Virus record (IMG/VR): IMGVR_UViG_2615840601_000001
Length of the DNA stretch: 64,000 bases
Origin: a virus
Taxonomy: Duplodnaviria > Caudoviricetes
Reading direction: 5' to 3' (one strand)
The notes below the pieces were generated by a model that saw nothing but the letters and a program-made list of their open reading frames with translations, ran no database searches and was not told where the DNA came from. This document shows, in pieces, positions 19,192 through 28,731 of the stretch; positions within the stretch are counted from its first letter, which is position 1; each line of letters begins with the position of its first letter. A program made the translations under genes and the position numbers.

Positions 19192-19605
19192 ATGTCCTAT
19201 GCAAGTGTCGATGATTGGCTGCTCTATGAAGCCGCCCACAAAACCATTGCCGATACCGATTATGACGGCGAGGCTGACAGGGACGTGATTGAAACCGCCT
19301 TGTCTCGTGCTTCAGCCGAGATGGACGGTTGGCTTGCAAGCCGAACCGATACGCCAGTTACGGACCCAAAATCGGCACCTGTTCTGAAGCACCATTGCAC
19401 GCTTATCGCGACATATCATCTGGCCAATACAGCCAACACGGTCACGGAAGAAATCGAGACCCGTTACAAGGCTTCCCTTTCTTGGCTCAAGAGCGTGTCC
19501 GAAGGCAAAAGCAGTTTGCCCATGTCTCCCAATCTGTCCAGTTCTGGGGGCAATGCGTCGGGCATTGGCGCGACCTTTGTTTTGCCCGAACGGATTTTCA
19601 AATGA
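19192..19605 (+). CDS. Mu gp36-like head-tail connector (DUF1320)
   Basis: MSYAS, ALSRASAEMDGWL, RYKASLSWLKSVSEG. Confidence 0.85.
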   Translation: MSYASVDDWLLYEAAHKTIADTDYDGEADRDVIETALSRASAEMDGWLASRTDTPVTDPKSAPVLKHHCTLIATYHLANTANTVTEEIETRYKASLSWLKSVSEGKSSLPMSPNLSSSGGNASGIGATFVLPERIFK

Positions 19606-20102
19606 GCGGGATTGAGTTTCTGGCCTCACTGGATGCGACGCTGCCCCTGCGGGCCGCAAGCAAACTGGCCGCCTTGGATGAAGCTGAACTGCTCGATGCC
19701 GTCGGCGCGATCGGTGTTAGTCAATCGCAGCGCCGTATCAGCGACGAGCAGGCCGGGCCGAATGGCGAAGCTTGGCCCGCCCTTAATCCTGAATATGCCA
19801 AAGGCAAAAGAGGGGCTGGCGGCATCTTGGAAGGCGAGGGCGACCTAATCACATCAATGGATCACGTTGTCGGTTCTGGCGAGGTCAGTTGGGGTTCGCC
19901 TCTTGTTTATGCGGCCATTCATCATTTTGGCGGGGTGATCACGCCCAAGAATGCCGAAAAGCTTGTTTTCCAGTTAGGCGGGCGAACCATCGTCGCAGAT
20001 GCCGTCACCATCCCCGAACGGCCTTATCTCGGGATCAGCCAAGACAATGCCGCCGAGATTGAAGACACAGCCCTCATTTTTATTGCGGAGCCTTTTCAAT
20101 GA
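19602..20102 (+). CDS. Mu gpG-like virion morphogenesis protein
   Basis: GPNGEAWPAL, YAAIHHFGG, IPERPYLGIS. Confidence 0.88.
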   Translation: MSGIEFLASLDATLPLRAASKLAALDEAELLDAVGAIGVSQSQRRISDEQAGPNGEAWPALNPEYAKGKRGAGGILEGEGDLITSMDHVVGSGEVSWGSPLVYAAIHHFGGVITPKNAEKLVFQLGGRTIVADAVTIPERPYLGISQDNAAEIEDTALIFIAEPFQ

Positions 20103-20659
20103 GTGAATGGACTAAGCCAACCGGCTACAATGACGTACTGGCATCGATTGTTGCCCGGATCGAAACCTCGGGCATCTTCATGCAGGGTGCCAAGATCGAA
20201 ATGGCTCCGGGAACCTTGACGGAAGGCTGGATAGCAAAAGCCAGTATTCCCAATTCAGGTGCCGCGTTTGTGGCATTGGGAAAGCTGCTCTCGGTCAAGC
20301 GCCGGTCTGATGGCATGCAGGAGCATTTGTTGAACTTGGGCATATTTGCCGCCGCTCCTTATGGCGGCAGACTTGATCAGGCAAAGAGCCTCAATGATCT
20401 GGTGTTCAACCTTACCCGCCTTATTGAGGACAATCGCTTCGAGCTGGTTCAAGCCGGTAAACCGTCCGGCTTTTCCGGGCGCAATCTGTTTTCCCTTTCC
20501 CTTATGAAGAAGGGGTCGGCTCTTTGGGCGCTCGAGTGGAGGCAAAGTTTCATGATGTTCGATCAAGATGGCCGGCAGCTCGGTGCTCCGGTTTCAAGCC
20601 AGCTTGGCCGCGAGACTGAATGGCCAACAAGTTCGGAGCTGGCCAATGTCAGCCCTTGA
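20099..20659 (+). CDS. Mu gp37-like tail terminator protein
   Basis: RNLFS...GSALWALEWRQ; position. Confidence 0.65.
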   Translation: MSEWTKPTGYNDVLASIVARIETSGIFMQGAKIEMAPGTLTEGWIAKASIPNSGAAFVALGKLLSVKRRSDGMQEHLLNLGIFAAAPYGGRLDQAKSLNDLVFNLTRLIEDNRFELVQAGKPSGFSGRNLFSLSLMKKGSALWALEWRQSFMMFDQDGRQLGAPVSSQLGRETEWPTSSELANVSP

Positions 20660-21188
20660 TGCGCTGATTGATGAAATATCCGATCTGAAAGACTGGCGTG
20701 CTGAACAAGAACGCAAGTCCAACAACTACGTGCGCAAAGTCCGCATGAAGGAGCGCAAAGACGGCAAGGTCATCGTCGAAGACGGCTCGGGCTTTGTTAG
20801 CGGACCGGTAACCCAAGCCTCTATGACCTCAGGTGAGTGGACCATTGACGCCCCGGCTAATCCCGGTGCGCAAGGCTTTCTCATTTGCCCCGATGGTGAG
20901 ACCGAGGGCGGCGCATTCTTTCCTTGCCTGCCAAACGACAATCATCCTCATGCCAGCACTGAACAAGGGACTTTGCGGCTCAAGGGTCCAGCCGGGGCCG
21001 AGATTGAAATTGCCGGTGGGGTGGCAACGCTGAAAGGCGTCAAGGTGGTCATTGATCCCGAAACACATTTGGCCGGTAAAGGCGGACCAGCGGTCGCCCG
21101 CGTTGGCGATATGGTCGACGTAAAATTTGGATCTTCAAAGGGGCTTCACCCGATCATTCAAGGCTCTTCAAAAGTCTTTGCCAACTGA
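20646..21188 (+). CDS. Baseplate spike (gpV-like)
   Basis: P..GAQG.LICPDGE..GG and C-terminal AVARVGD...IIQGSSKVF. Confidence 0.75.
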   Translation: MSALDALIDEISDLKDWRAEQERKSNNYVRKVRMKERKDGKVIVEDGSGFVSGPVTQASMTSGEWTIDAPANPGAQGFLICPDGETEGGAFFPCLPNDNHPHASTEQGTLRLKGPAGAEIEIAGGVATLKGVKVVIDPETHLAGKGGPAVARVGDMVDVKFGSSKGLHPIIQGSSKVFAN

Positions 21189-21203
21189 TATCTGATACCG
21201 GCT
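21185..21203 (+). promoter_or_regulatory. Late-promoter activator site 3 (baseplate operon)
   Basis: CTGATATCTGATACCGGCT, identical to 26836-26854. Confidence 0.7.
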
Positions 21204-21276
21204 TTAGCCAATCACGCTCGCGCATAGTTGAGGCGACTTCAAACGCAACTCAACTGTTTCTCGAACGAGGTTTGTG

Positions 21277-21483
21277 ATGGCGACAAAAGCAAAAGATCCG
21301 GGCAAGAAAACCTACATTGTCCAGCAGCGCGGCCCGGTGCTTGATGATCAGATCAAGGAAAAGGGCTCCGAGATTGAAGCCCACCCCAATCAAGTTACCT
21401 TTTTGTTGCTCAACGGCACTCTGACCGAAAAGCCTTCTGTCGCAGATAAAGCCAAAGCAACCGCAAAAACCGCTGAGAAATAG
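21277..21483 (+). CDS. Small hypothetical virion-module protein
   Basis: GAGG RBS, Lys/Ala-rich tail. Confidence 0.55.
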   Translation: MATKAKDPGKKTYIVQQRGPVLDDQIKEKGSEIEAHPNQVTFLLLNGTLTEKPSVADKAKATAKTAEK

Positions 21484-21491
21484 GGGGCGGT

Positions 21492-21860
21492 ATGTCGGGC
21501 TATGACGCACGAACAGGCAAGCCGCTCGAGGGCGACGCACGCATTGTGCAATCCATCGGCCGACTGATTGTCACCAATGGCGATCTCGTCATGCGGCGCG
21601 ATCTGGCTTGCGCCCTGCCTGATCTTATCGATGCCCCCGGAAATGACGTGGTGAGGATGCTCTATTGCGCGGCGGTTGCCACGGCTATTCATGAAGGGGA
21701 GAGCCGAGCAAATTTGCGAACCCTGAAGGTCGTTGCCCCTGACGAGGCAAGCGACTTGAACGCCGCTTTGTTGGTCGCAGACGGTCAGAGCGTTCTTGTC
21801 CTTGATGCGGTGAGCCTTGAGACAGGAAAGGCTCTTAACTTCGGTGAGCTGGTGTCATGA
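21492..21860 (+). CDS. Baseplate wedge gpW/gp25-like
   Basis: GYDARTG, QSI..L, VMRRD....LPDLID.P. Confidence 0.85.
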   Translation: MSGYDARTGKPLEGDARIVQSIGRLIVTNGDLVMRRDLACALPDLIDAPGNDVVRMLYCAAVATAIHEGESRANLRTLKVVAPDEASDLNAALLVADGQSVLVLDAVSLETGKALNFGELVS

Positions 21861-22726
21861 GCAAGTATGATGACCTGATTGATTTGAGCAAGCTTGGCCC
21901 GCCTAAGCTGGTGGACTTGTCCGGTTATGACGCTCAGCTCTCGGCCCTGATGGCGGCATACAAGCTACGATACCCGGATTTTGAAGACGAAACGGAATTT
22001 GAGCCGGTAAAGGCTCACTTTGGCGTTGATGCTTGGCTTGCAGACAATGTACGCGACAGGATCAATGAAGCGGGCAAGGCAACGCTGCTCGCCAGCGCGG
22101 GCGGTTCAGACCTTGAGGTGATTGGTTGGAGCCGGAATGTTGAGCGCAAGGTCATTGATGAGGACGCGGGCATCTATGAGGATGACGATGACTTGCGCGA
22201 GCGCATTCACATGGCCCCGGAAAGCTGGTCGACGGCTGGGCCTCAAGGCGGATATGAATTCTGGGCGGAAACGGTTGAGGCCGTCAAAGACGCACAAGCG
22301 ATCAGCCCTTCACCGGCCGTGGTTGAAATCTATGTTGTCGGGCATGACACATCAGTCCCGGCTACGGAAGGCTTGCTGGCAGACGTAACCGCTGCAATCT
22401 CGGCAGACAACCGCCGCCCGATCGCCGATCGTGTGAGCGTTCATAGCGCGGACATCGTTCCTTATGATCTGGTTGCAACCATCAAGGTTCAATCCGGCCC
22501 CAGCCCTGACGTCATTCAAGCTGAAGCTGAAAAGGCGCTTGCCGCTTATCAGGAAAGCCGGGCCTATATCGGCAAAAGTCTGCCTGCGTCGGCACTCTAT
22601 GCGGCTTTGACGGTCGCCGGTGCTGAAGAGGTTAGCTTGTCGCCAGCAGAAGGCGTTACCGTTACGCAAACACAGATTGCGCACTGCAATTCGGTGACGA
22701 TCAATGTGGAGGTGATCAATGTATGA
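21857..22726 (+). CDS. Baseplate J-like protein
   Basis: IDLSKL..P, RINEA..ATLLA.A.GSDL, STAGP..GYEF, RPIADRV. Confidence 0.92.
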   Translation: MSKYDDLIDLSKLGPPKLVDLSGYDAQLSALMAAYKLRYPDFEDETEFEPVKAHFGVDAWLADNVRDRINEAGKATLLASAGGSDLEVIGWSRNVERKVIDEDAGIYEDDDDLRERIHMAPESWSTAGPQGGYEFWAETVEAVKDAQAISPSPAVVEIYVVGHDTSVPATEGLLADVTAAISADNRRPIADRVSVHSADIVPYDLVATIKVQSGPSPDVIQAEAEKALAAYQESRAYIGKSLPASALYAALTVAGAEEVSLSPAEGVTVTQTQIAHCNSVTINVEVINV

Positions 22727-23546
22727 CGCTTCCAAGCATTTGCCGCTTTATGCATCCGATCATGAATTGCGGGTGTCATCTGTCAGCTTTTTGATGGATG
22801 ACATCGAGGCGGCGATCATTGCCCTGTCGAAAGAAAAGAACCCGGCTGAATGCCGCGCCGAGATCCTGCCTTGGCTTGCCTATGAAGCAAGTGCCGATTT
22901 TTGGGATCCTGCATGGTTCGAAGACACACGTCGAACGGTTATCGCTGCTCAATGGGAAATCCACCGTCACAAGGGCACGCCTTACGCATTGAACTATGCG
23001 CTCGATATGGTCGGCCTTGAAAGCAATCTGGTTGAGTGGTGGCAGATGGAGCCACCCGGCGTCCCCGGTACGTTTGAGGTTACCGCTTGGTTGGCCAAGC
23101 CGGTTTATGATCGCGAGATTGATCATATCGAAAGACTGACCTCGATTGCGCATCAAGCCATAACGCGCACCAAGCCTCTGTCCCGGCATTATAGCTTGCG
23201 TTTGGCTTTGCGTTCGTGGCTTTCAATCGTTCCTCACTCGGCTTTGCAGGATCTTCAAAAGGTCAAGATCCTGCCACCCATGGCGACGGACCTCAGTAGC
23301 ACCATGAAGATGGTGATGGCGGGCTGCGCCTCGACCGGTGAATTGGTCCGGATCAAGCCAAAGCAGACCACCGCGATCTATGACGCCATGTCACTGGCCT
23401 TTGGAGGCTCGACATCGGTTGGCGAAGTGATCCGTCTTTATCCTCCAACAGCGTCCGGCCTTGAAAGCCAAGCGTCCTATCACCTTGCTATCGGGGTCCG
23501 CCCGGCCAACCCAATTGTGACCATCTTGCCGGAGGGGCATGCATGA
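22719..23546 (+). CDS. P2 gpI-like tail protein
   Basis: LPWLAYE..D.W, HRHKGT, EWWQ, KPLSRH. Confidence 0.9.
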   Translation: MYDASKHLPLYASDHELRVSSVSFLMDDIEAAIIALSKEKNPAECRAEILPWLAYEASADFWDPAWFEDTRRTVIAAQWEIHRHKGTPYALNYALDMVGLESNLVEWWQMEPPGVPGTFEVTAWLAKPVYDREIDHIERLTSIAHQAITRTKPLSRHYSLRLALRSWLSIVPHSALQDLQKVKILPPMATDLSSTMKMVMAGCASTGELVRIKPKQTTAIYDAMSLAFGGSTSVGEVIRLYPPTASGLESQASYHLAIGVRPANPIVTILPEGHA

Positions 23547-24640
23547 CGACCTACTCAACGCGCCTGACCAATGCCGGGGCGATTGCCCTCAATGAGGCAA
23601 TCACCGGCGACACCGCCATCGCCTTGGATGTGCTGGCTGTTGGCGATGCCAACGGCGCGGACTATGTGCCAGACGGCAGCGAGGCCGCCCTGATCAACGA
23701 ACAATACCGCCTACCACTGGCCTCGATCATTCCTCATCCAGTTAATGCGGATTGGTTGGTTCTGGAAGCCATTTTGCCGCCCGATGTTGGTGGCTGGTGG
23801 ATCCGTGAGGTCGGGATCTATGATGACAATGGCGACCTGTTTGCCATCGCCAATTTCCCACCAACATACAAGGCTGTGGCAGTCGACGGCGCAACGTCAA
23901 GCCTCACCATTCAGATTGTTCTTCAGGTGTCTGATAGCAATGCGCTGACCTTGTCAGTTGATGCACAGGAGGGCTATGCCACGCAGAGTTTTGTGGAGGC
24001 GGGGCTTAGCGGCAAGGCCGATAACGACCATACCCATGATGATCGTTATTACACAGAAACTGAGATAGACACCAAGCTGATAGCCAAAGCCCCAGCCTCT
24101 CATTCTCATGATAACCTTTACTATACTGAGGCCGAAATTGACGCCAAATTGGCGGGAAAGGCCGCGACCAGTCATACTCACGATGGTCGCTATTACACGG
24201 AAACAGAGATGGACAGCAAACTGGCCGGTAAAGCCGCCGCCAGTCATACTCATCCTGTCGGACAGATCAGCGGCATCAATGGTAATTTCGATCTCGCCAA
24301 TGGCCTCTTTGGTGGCAAATCACCAAGTGAGTTGACCGGAATATTTGCTTGGGTGTCTTTCAATGGTGCCTCTGGTGCTGTGCTGGGAAGCAGCGGTGTC
24401 AGTTCTGTCACCAAGAATGGCACAGGTGACTTCACAGTTAACTTCTCGGCTGCAGCGGCCTCTACGGGCTACGCAGTAGTGGCTCTTGCGGGCAGAACAG
24501 GCACAGATGGAAACATCAATGCTGCTTTGTGGCCCGGTTCTTCGAAGAGCATGTGGGGTGTTCGCCTTTCCATCCAAGTTTCGTCAAACGCGGTTCGTGA
24601 AAACACCGCGATTGTCGACGTTCTGATTATTGGCGGGTGA
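23543..24640 (+). CDS. Tail fibre protein 1 (tail-collar N-terminus, HxH repeats)
   Basis: LTNAG...AVGDANG...GGWWIREVG; three 24-aa H(T/S)HD..YYTE.E.D.KL repeats. Confidence 0.9.
   Translation: MTTYSTRLTNAGAIALNEAITGDTAIALDVLAVGDANGADYVPDGSEAALINEQYRLPLASIIPHPVNADWLVLEAILPPDVGGWWIREVGIYDDNGDLFAIANFPPTYKAVAVDGATSSLTIQIVLQVSDSNALTLSVDAQEGYATQSFVEAGLSGKADNDHTHDDRYYTETEIDTKLIAKAPASHSHDNLYYTEAEIDAKLAGKAATSHTHDGRYYTETEMDSKLAGKAAASHTHPVGQISGINGNFDLANGLFGGKSPSELTGIFAWVSFNGASGAVLGSSGVSSVTKNGTGDFTVNFSAAAASTGYAVVALAGRTGTDGNINAALWPGSSKSMWGVRLSIQVSSNAVRENTAIVDVLIIGG
24028..24253 (+). repeat. Three degenerate 72-nt tandem repeats in tail fibre 1
   Basis: HTHDDRYYTETEIDTKLIAKAPAS / HSHDNLYYTEAEIDAKLAGKAATS / HTHDGRYYTETEMDSKLAGKAAAS. 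Confidence 0.85.
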
Positions 24641-24641
24641 T

Positions 24642-25100
24642 ATGACAGAAGAATGCATCGTCTATAAAGACAACAATGGCCTGGCTCTTGTTATGCCCTC
24701 TGGTGAAGTGGCCGACGCCCTTAAGGATATTCCTACAGGTGCTACCCACCGGACTCTGGCCATTGATAACCTGCCGGAGCACCCTATTGATATTTGGGGT
24801 GAGGCATATTTGGCTACAGGCCTCATGCCTGCATTGGGCGAGCATGTGCCGCTCATCCCCCTTGCTCCTATCACTCGAAAACAGATGATTGATGTGCTGA
24901 TCGACCATAATTTGGACGAGGCGGTCGAGCCAGCTCTTGAAGCAATTGAAGATGTTACGGAGCGCAAGAAAGCCCTCAATGCCTGGCAAAACGCCACTCA
25001 GTATGAGCCAGACCATGCGCTGATATTGCAAATGAAGACCACCCTCAATCTCACCGACGAAGAATTTCAGACCATGTGGCGTGAAGCCATGGTGCTTTAA
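24642..25100 (+). CDS. Tail fibre assembly/chaperone protein 1
   Basis: Follows fibre; C-terminal half paralogous to 26378..26812. Confidence 0.7.
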   Translation: MTEECIVYKDNNGLALVMPSGEVADALKDIPTGATHRTLAIDNLPEHPIDIWGEAYLATGLMPALGEHVPLIPLAPITRKQMIDVLIDHNLDEAVEPALEAIEDVTERKKALNAWQNATQYEPDHALILQMKTTLNLTDEEFQTMWREAMVL

Positions 25101-25109
25101 CGGAGCTGA

Positions 25110-26375
25110 ATGATGACTGCCGCAACTTACTATACCCGCCTCACCAATATCGGCTCCAATGCCCTCAGCGCGGCCATTACCGGTGGCGCTTCGGTTTCTC
25201 TGACCCATCTTGCTGTGGGAGACGCCGATGGTTCTAGCTATGATCCAGACGGAACGGAAACCAATCTGGTGCACGAGACACATCGGCTCAATATCACGTC
25301 TATCACGCCAGACGTTCAGAACCCGGCTTGGCTGATTGTCGAGGCAATTCTCCCGCCTGACGTGGGTGGGTGGTGGATCCGCGAGGCAGGCCTGTTTGAC
25401 GCCAATGGGGCAATGTTCGCCATCGCCAAATATCCGCCAACCTACAAGGCCATCCTTACGGATGGCACCGCCTCGACGCTCACGATCCAGATCGTCCTGC
25501 AGGTCACCAATACCGATAGCATTCAGTTGGTGGTCAACCCTCTTGACGGCTACGCCTCCCAAAACTGGGTTATATCCTCCTATCCATGGGCCAACGAAGA
25601 AGAAGTGGTAGACGCGGCGATTGAAAAGAAGCTGGTGGATCCAAAACGTTTGGCAGCCGCATTGTCACAACTCTCCTTTGCAAGGCCTGAGGATTTAACG
25701 TCCTTGTCTGAGGCAATTGATCTTGCGTTGGAAGGCAAAGCAGCACGCAATCATAACCATGCCGGGGTTTATGCGCTGGCAGCCCATAACCACGACGGTG
25801 CCTATGCGTCGATCAATCACGCTCATGATCTTCTATATGCCGCCAAAAGCCATGGTCACCAGATCAGCGAAATCAGCGGCATCAATGGCATTTTCGATTT
25901 GGCAAATGGTTTGATCGATGGCCGGTTGCCGAGCCAATTAGGCGGGGGACCTGCCGCTTCGATTACGCACGAGATGGCCAATGGAGTTGACGGAGGCTGG
26001 CTTTACGCTGGCTCTTGGCAAGTGAGGCCCTACAACACGGAAGATGATCCATTTGGATTGATCTCACTGGCCAACAACAGCTTCACGCCAGCAGCCGACC
26101 TGTATATGAGTGGATGGGCTTCTATCAACGATACCGCTCAGACCTCCTCGCGGGTTTTTTGTGTAACAGATAATGCGGTTGTTGCCGTTGGATCAGGCGG
26201 GCATTCCAACCCGACCTATTATTGCACCTCGCACACCTTTTTCTCCGCGAAGCTTACGGCAGGAAAAACCTATCGCATCGAGATGCGTGGGGCGGAAACC
26301 TCTGTTGGCTTCGGGGTTTCCATGGTGTTGGGGCAAACTGAGCTTTATTCTCAAATCGATTTCTGGAGGCGATAA
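25110..26375 (+). CDS. Tail fibre protein 2 (paralog with a different tip)
   Basis: Same tail-collar N-terminus (EAILPPDVGGWWIRE), HNH/HxH repeats, unrelated C-terminus. Confidence 0.9.
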   Translation: MMTAATYYTRLTNIGSNALSAAITGGASVSLTHLAVGDADGSSYDPDGTETNLVHETHRLNITSITPDVQNPAWLIVEAILPPDVGGWWIREAGLFDANGAMFAIAKYPPTYKAILTDGTASTLTIQIVLQVTNTDSIQLVVNPLDGYASQNWVISSYPWANEEEVVDAAIEKKLVDPKRLAAALSQLSFARPEDLTSLSEAIDLALEGKAARNHNHAGVYALAAHNHDGAYASINHAHDLLYAAKSHGHQISEISGINGIFDLANGLIDGRLPSQLGGGPAASITHEMANGVDGGWLYAGSWQVRPYNTEDDPFGLISLANNSFTPAADLYMSGWASINDTAQTSSRVFCVTDNAVVAVGSGGHSNPTYYCTSHTFFSAKLTAGKTYRIEMRGAETSVGFGVSMVLGQTELYSQIDFWRR

Positions 26376-26377
26376 AA

Positions 26378-26812
26378 ATGGTTGTTCTGATCAACGACGA
26401 CCGCGTGATCCAACATGTTTGGAAGCATAAGACGATTAAGGATTTGGTAGAAATCCTAAACGGCACTGAAGGCTTTTCGAAAGAGAACCTACTCGAGATG
26501 GATGGCGTGCCAGGTCAGATCGTCAATGAAGATGGGTCTTTGCGTAACCCTGCACCGGGGCCGGTGCGGCTCGCTCCTATCACCCGCAAGCAGTTGATTG
26601 ATGTGCTGATCAACCATGAATTGGATGAGACGGTCGAGCCTGCTCTTGAGGCCATCGCAGATGGCAAAGAGCGCAAGAAAGCGCTGAATGCTTGGCGGAA
26701 CGCATCGATCTACAAGCCGGATCATGATCTTATCGGGCATATGAAGGCAGCTCTTGATCTTACCGAGGACCAATTCGCAGCCATGTGGCGAGAAGCCATG
26801 GTGCTTGAATAG
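26378..26812 (+). CDS. Tail fibre assembly/chaperone protein 2
   Basis: LAPITRKQLIDVLI...MWREAMVL shared with chaperone 1. Confidence 0.7.
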   Translation: MVVLINDDRVIQHVWKHKTIKDLVEILNGTEGFSKENLLEMDGVPGQIVNEDGSLRNPAPGPVRLAPITRKQLIDVLINHELDETVEPALEAIADGKERKKALNAWRNASIYKPDHDLIGHMKAALDLTEDQFAAMWREAMVLE

Positions 26813-26835
26813 GGAGCAAAAACTCATCCCTTTAC

Positions 26836-26854
26836 CTGATATCTGATACCGGCT
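26836..26854 (+). promoter_or_regulatory. Late-promoter activator site 4 (sheath/tube operon)
   Basis: CTGATATCTGATACCGGCT. Confidence 0.7.
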
Positions 26855-26861
26855 CACGGTC

Positions 26862-26905
26862 TCGCTCCTTGCGGTTAACTGGATGTAGTTAACCGCAAGG
26901 AGCGA
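26862..26905 (+). repeat. Perfect 19-bp inverted repeat covering the sheath RBS
   Basis: TCGCTCCTTGCGGTTAACT-ggatgt-AGTTAACCGCAAGGAGCGA. Confidence 0.9.
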
Positions 26906-26909
26906 AAGC

Positions 26910-28133
26910 ATGACGACGAATTATGGTCATGGCGTCTATTCCTATGACAAGACGTCAGCCCCGCCTCAAATCACAGTCGGTGAAAGCGGCGAAATCGCTA
27001 TCACCGGCACGGCCCCCGATGCCGTTGCCGAAGACTGGCCTCTCGATATTCCTGTCGATATCAATGGCGATATCACCAAAGCTGCAAGCTTGGGTGCAAC
27101 CGGCACTCTGCCTATCGCTCTGCAACAGATTTGGCGGCAGTATGGCAAGCAATCGGGCCGTATTGCGGTTATCCGCGTTGAGAAAATCGAAGACACAGCA
27201 CAACAGACAAGCGCGGTTCTGGGCAGTGAGATCGACAAGACTGGCGTCTATGCCATCCTCAAATGTCAGTCGTTGCTTGGCTTCGAGCCTGACCTCCTGA
27301 TCGCTCCCGGTTTCGCCACGGTGCCAACCGAAGGGGACGTGACGCCAGTTGCTGGTGCATTGTCTGCGATCGCAGAAAAGATCCGGAGCTTTGTCTATCT
27401 GGATACGACCAACGGAATGCTCGCCGAAGCCCATCAAAGCCGCGCTTTGGTCGGCTATGACAACGCGATGCTGGTGCACAATTTCACGAAAGAGTGGGAT
27501 AGCGCAGTTGATGCTCATGTCGCCGTTCCCGGATCTATCTTTGCGGCTGCGATGCAGTCCAAATATGATCTTGAAAAAGGGTTCTGGTGGTCTGCGTCGA
27601 ACAAGCCGGGCAACCTTGATGGGCTGTCCCAGCAGATCCAATATCGCCGGGGTGACAAAGGATCAGAGGCCAACCTGCTGAACGCCGATCAGATCTCCAC
27701 GATCATTCGCGATAAGGGCGAATACAAGCTCTGGGGTTCTCATACGCTTGATGACGCCCAGCTTCTTGGCGGCACCATTGTCGGTCGCCGTGTGTCCTAC
27801 AAGGTGTATGACGCCCTTGACGATGGCCTGCACCCTTACATTGATCAGCCAACGAGCCTGCAAGCGATTGAGGATATCTCCGCTTCGGCCCGCGAGTTCT
27901 TGCGCACGCTGGCCTCAAAGGGCGCTCTGATCGGATACGAATTTGAGCTGCCGATCGGCCTCAACACGATCTCCCAAATTCAGGCAGGTCTGTTCATCTA
28001 TCGCTTGAAATGGGTGGAAGCTGGCCCGATGCGCGAAATTCAGATCTGGGGTGTTCGCACGCCCGATCTCTATGCGGAGTTCCTTGATCAGGCGTCCGCC
28101 CTTTCATACTTCCGCGAAACGGTCGCGGGCTAA
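26910..28133 (+). CDS. Contractile tail sheath (P2 FI-like)
   Basis: HGV, GTAPDA, LIAPGF, GFWWSASN, ANLLN, LWG. Confidence 0.92.
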   Translation: MTTNYGHGVYSYDKTSAPPQITVGESGEIAITGTAPDAVAEDWPLDIPVDINGDITKAASLGATGTLPIALQQIWRQYGKQSGRIAVIRVEKIEDTAQQTSAVLGSEIDKTGVYAILKCQSLLGFEPDLLIAPGFATVPTEGDVTPVAGALSAIAEKIRSFVYLDTTNGMLAEAHQSRALVGYDNAMLVHNFTKEWDSAVDAHVAVPGSIFAAAMQSKYDLEKGFWWSASNKPGNLDGLSQQIQYRRGDKGSEANLLNADQISTIIRDKGEYKLWGSHTLDDAQLLGGTIVGRRVSYKVYDALDDGLHPYIDQPTSLQAIEDISASAREFLRTLASKGALIGYEFELPIGLNTISQIQAGLFIYRLKWVEAGPMREIQIWGVRTPDLYAEFLDQASALSYFRETVAG

Positions 28134-28145
28134 GGAGCTTCAATC

Positions 28146-28655
28146 ATGGCAATGGAAAAGATTAGCGCGCTCGATGGCTTCACCCTTTGGATTGGTGACG
28201 CGGACTATGGTGGGACGGTGACCGGGATCACGTTGCCCGGTCTACCGCGCCGCATTGAGGGACGGCGCACTGGCGGCCGCCGTGGTGTCTTGGGCGTCAA
28301 GCTTGGCCTTGAAGAAGCCAAGGCAACAATCAAGACAAAGGGGGTCTCGCAAAGTCTGATTGATGCGGTCAGCTCTGGTAAAATTGACGGCACCCGCCTG
28401 TTTGCCCGAGGCAATCTTGACGATCAGCAAGGCGGCTACACATCGGTTGTCTACGAGCTACAGGGCCGATGCACCAACCCGGACAAAATCTCGGAAGAAT
28501 GGACCGATGACGATGTCGAGGGTGAACTTGAATTCTGGCTTGTCTATTGGCGCAAAGACGTTGCGGGGGAGCGCAAGCTCGAGGTCGATCTACTCAATGA
28601 CACCATCTATCCGGACGAGGCAAACGACGCCCGTCGCGCCAACCTTGGCCGCTAA
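28146..28655 (+). CDS. Tail tube (P2 FII-like)
   Basis: ITLP.L....E..R.GG, EVDLLN, RRANLG; follows sheath. Confidence 0.85.
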   Translation: MAMEKISALDGFTLWIGDADYGGTVTGITLPGLPRRIEGRRTGGRRGVLGVKLGLEEAKATIKTKGVSQSLIDAVSSGKIDGTRLFARGNLDDQQGGYTSVVYELQGRCTNPDKISEEWTDDDVEGELEFWLVYWRKDVAGERKLEVDLLNDTIYPDEANDARRANLGR

Positions 28656-28731
28656 TGATGCCTCCTGAGCGGGCGTCTTTGAGTTGCCCGCTCTCGCCTT
28701 TCTCTTAATCAGCAACGAAAGACACCCTGTC

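Noticed and set aside
23543-26812. Diversity-generating retroelement (RT genes plus duplicated tail-fibre segments)
   Set aside because: The duplicated segments are both coding and their differences are not adenine-specific; the RTs carry Drt3-type motifs, sit in the other prophage, and no avd-like gene is evident
23543-26812. Gin-type invertible tail-fibre segment
   Set aside because: Both cassettes are on the same strand, with no invertase and no flanking inverted sites seen
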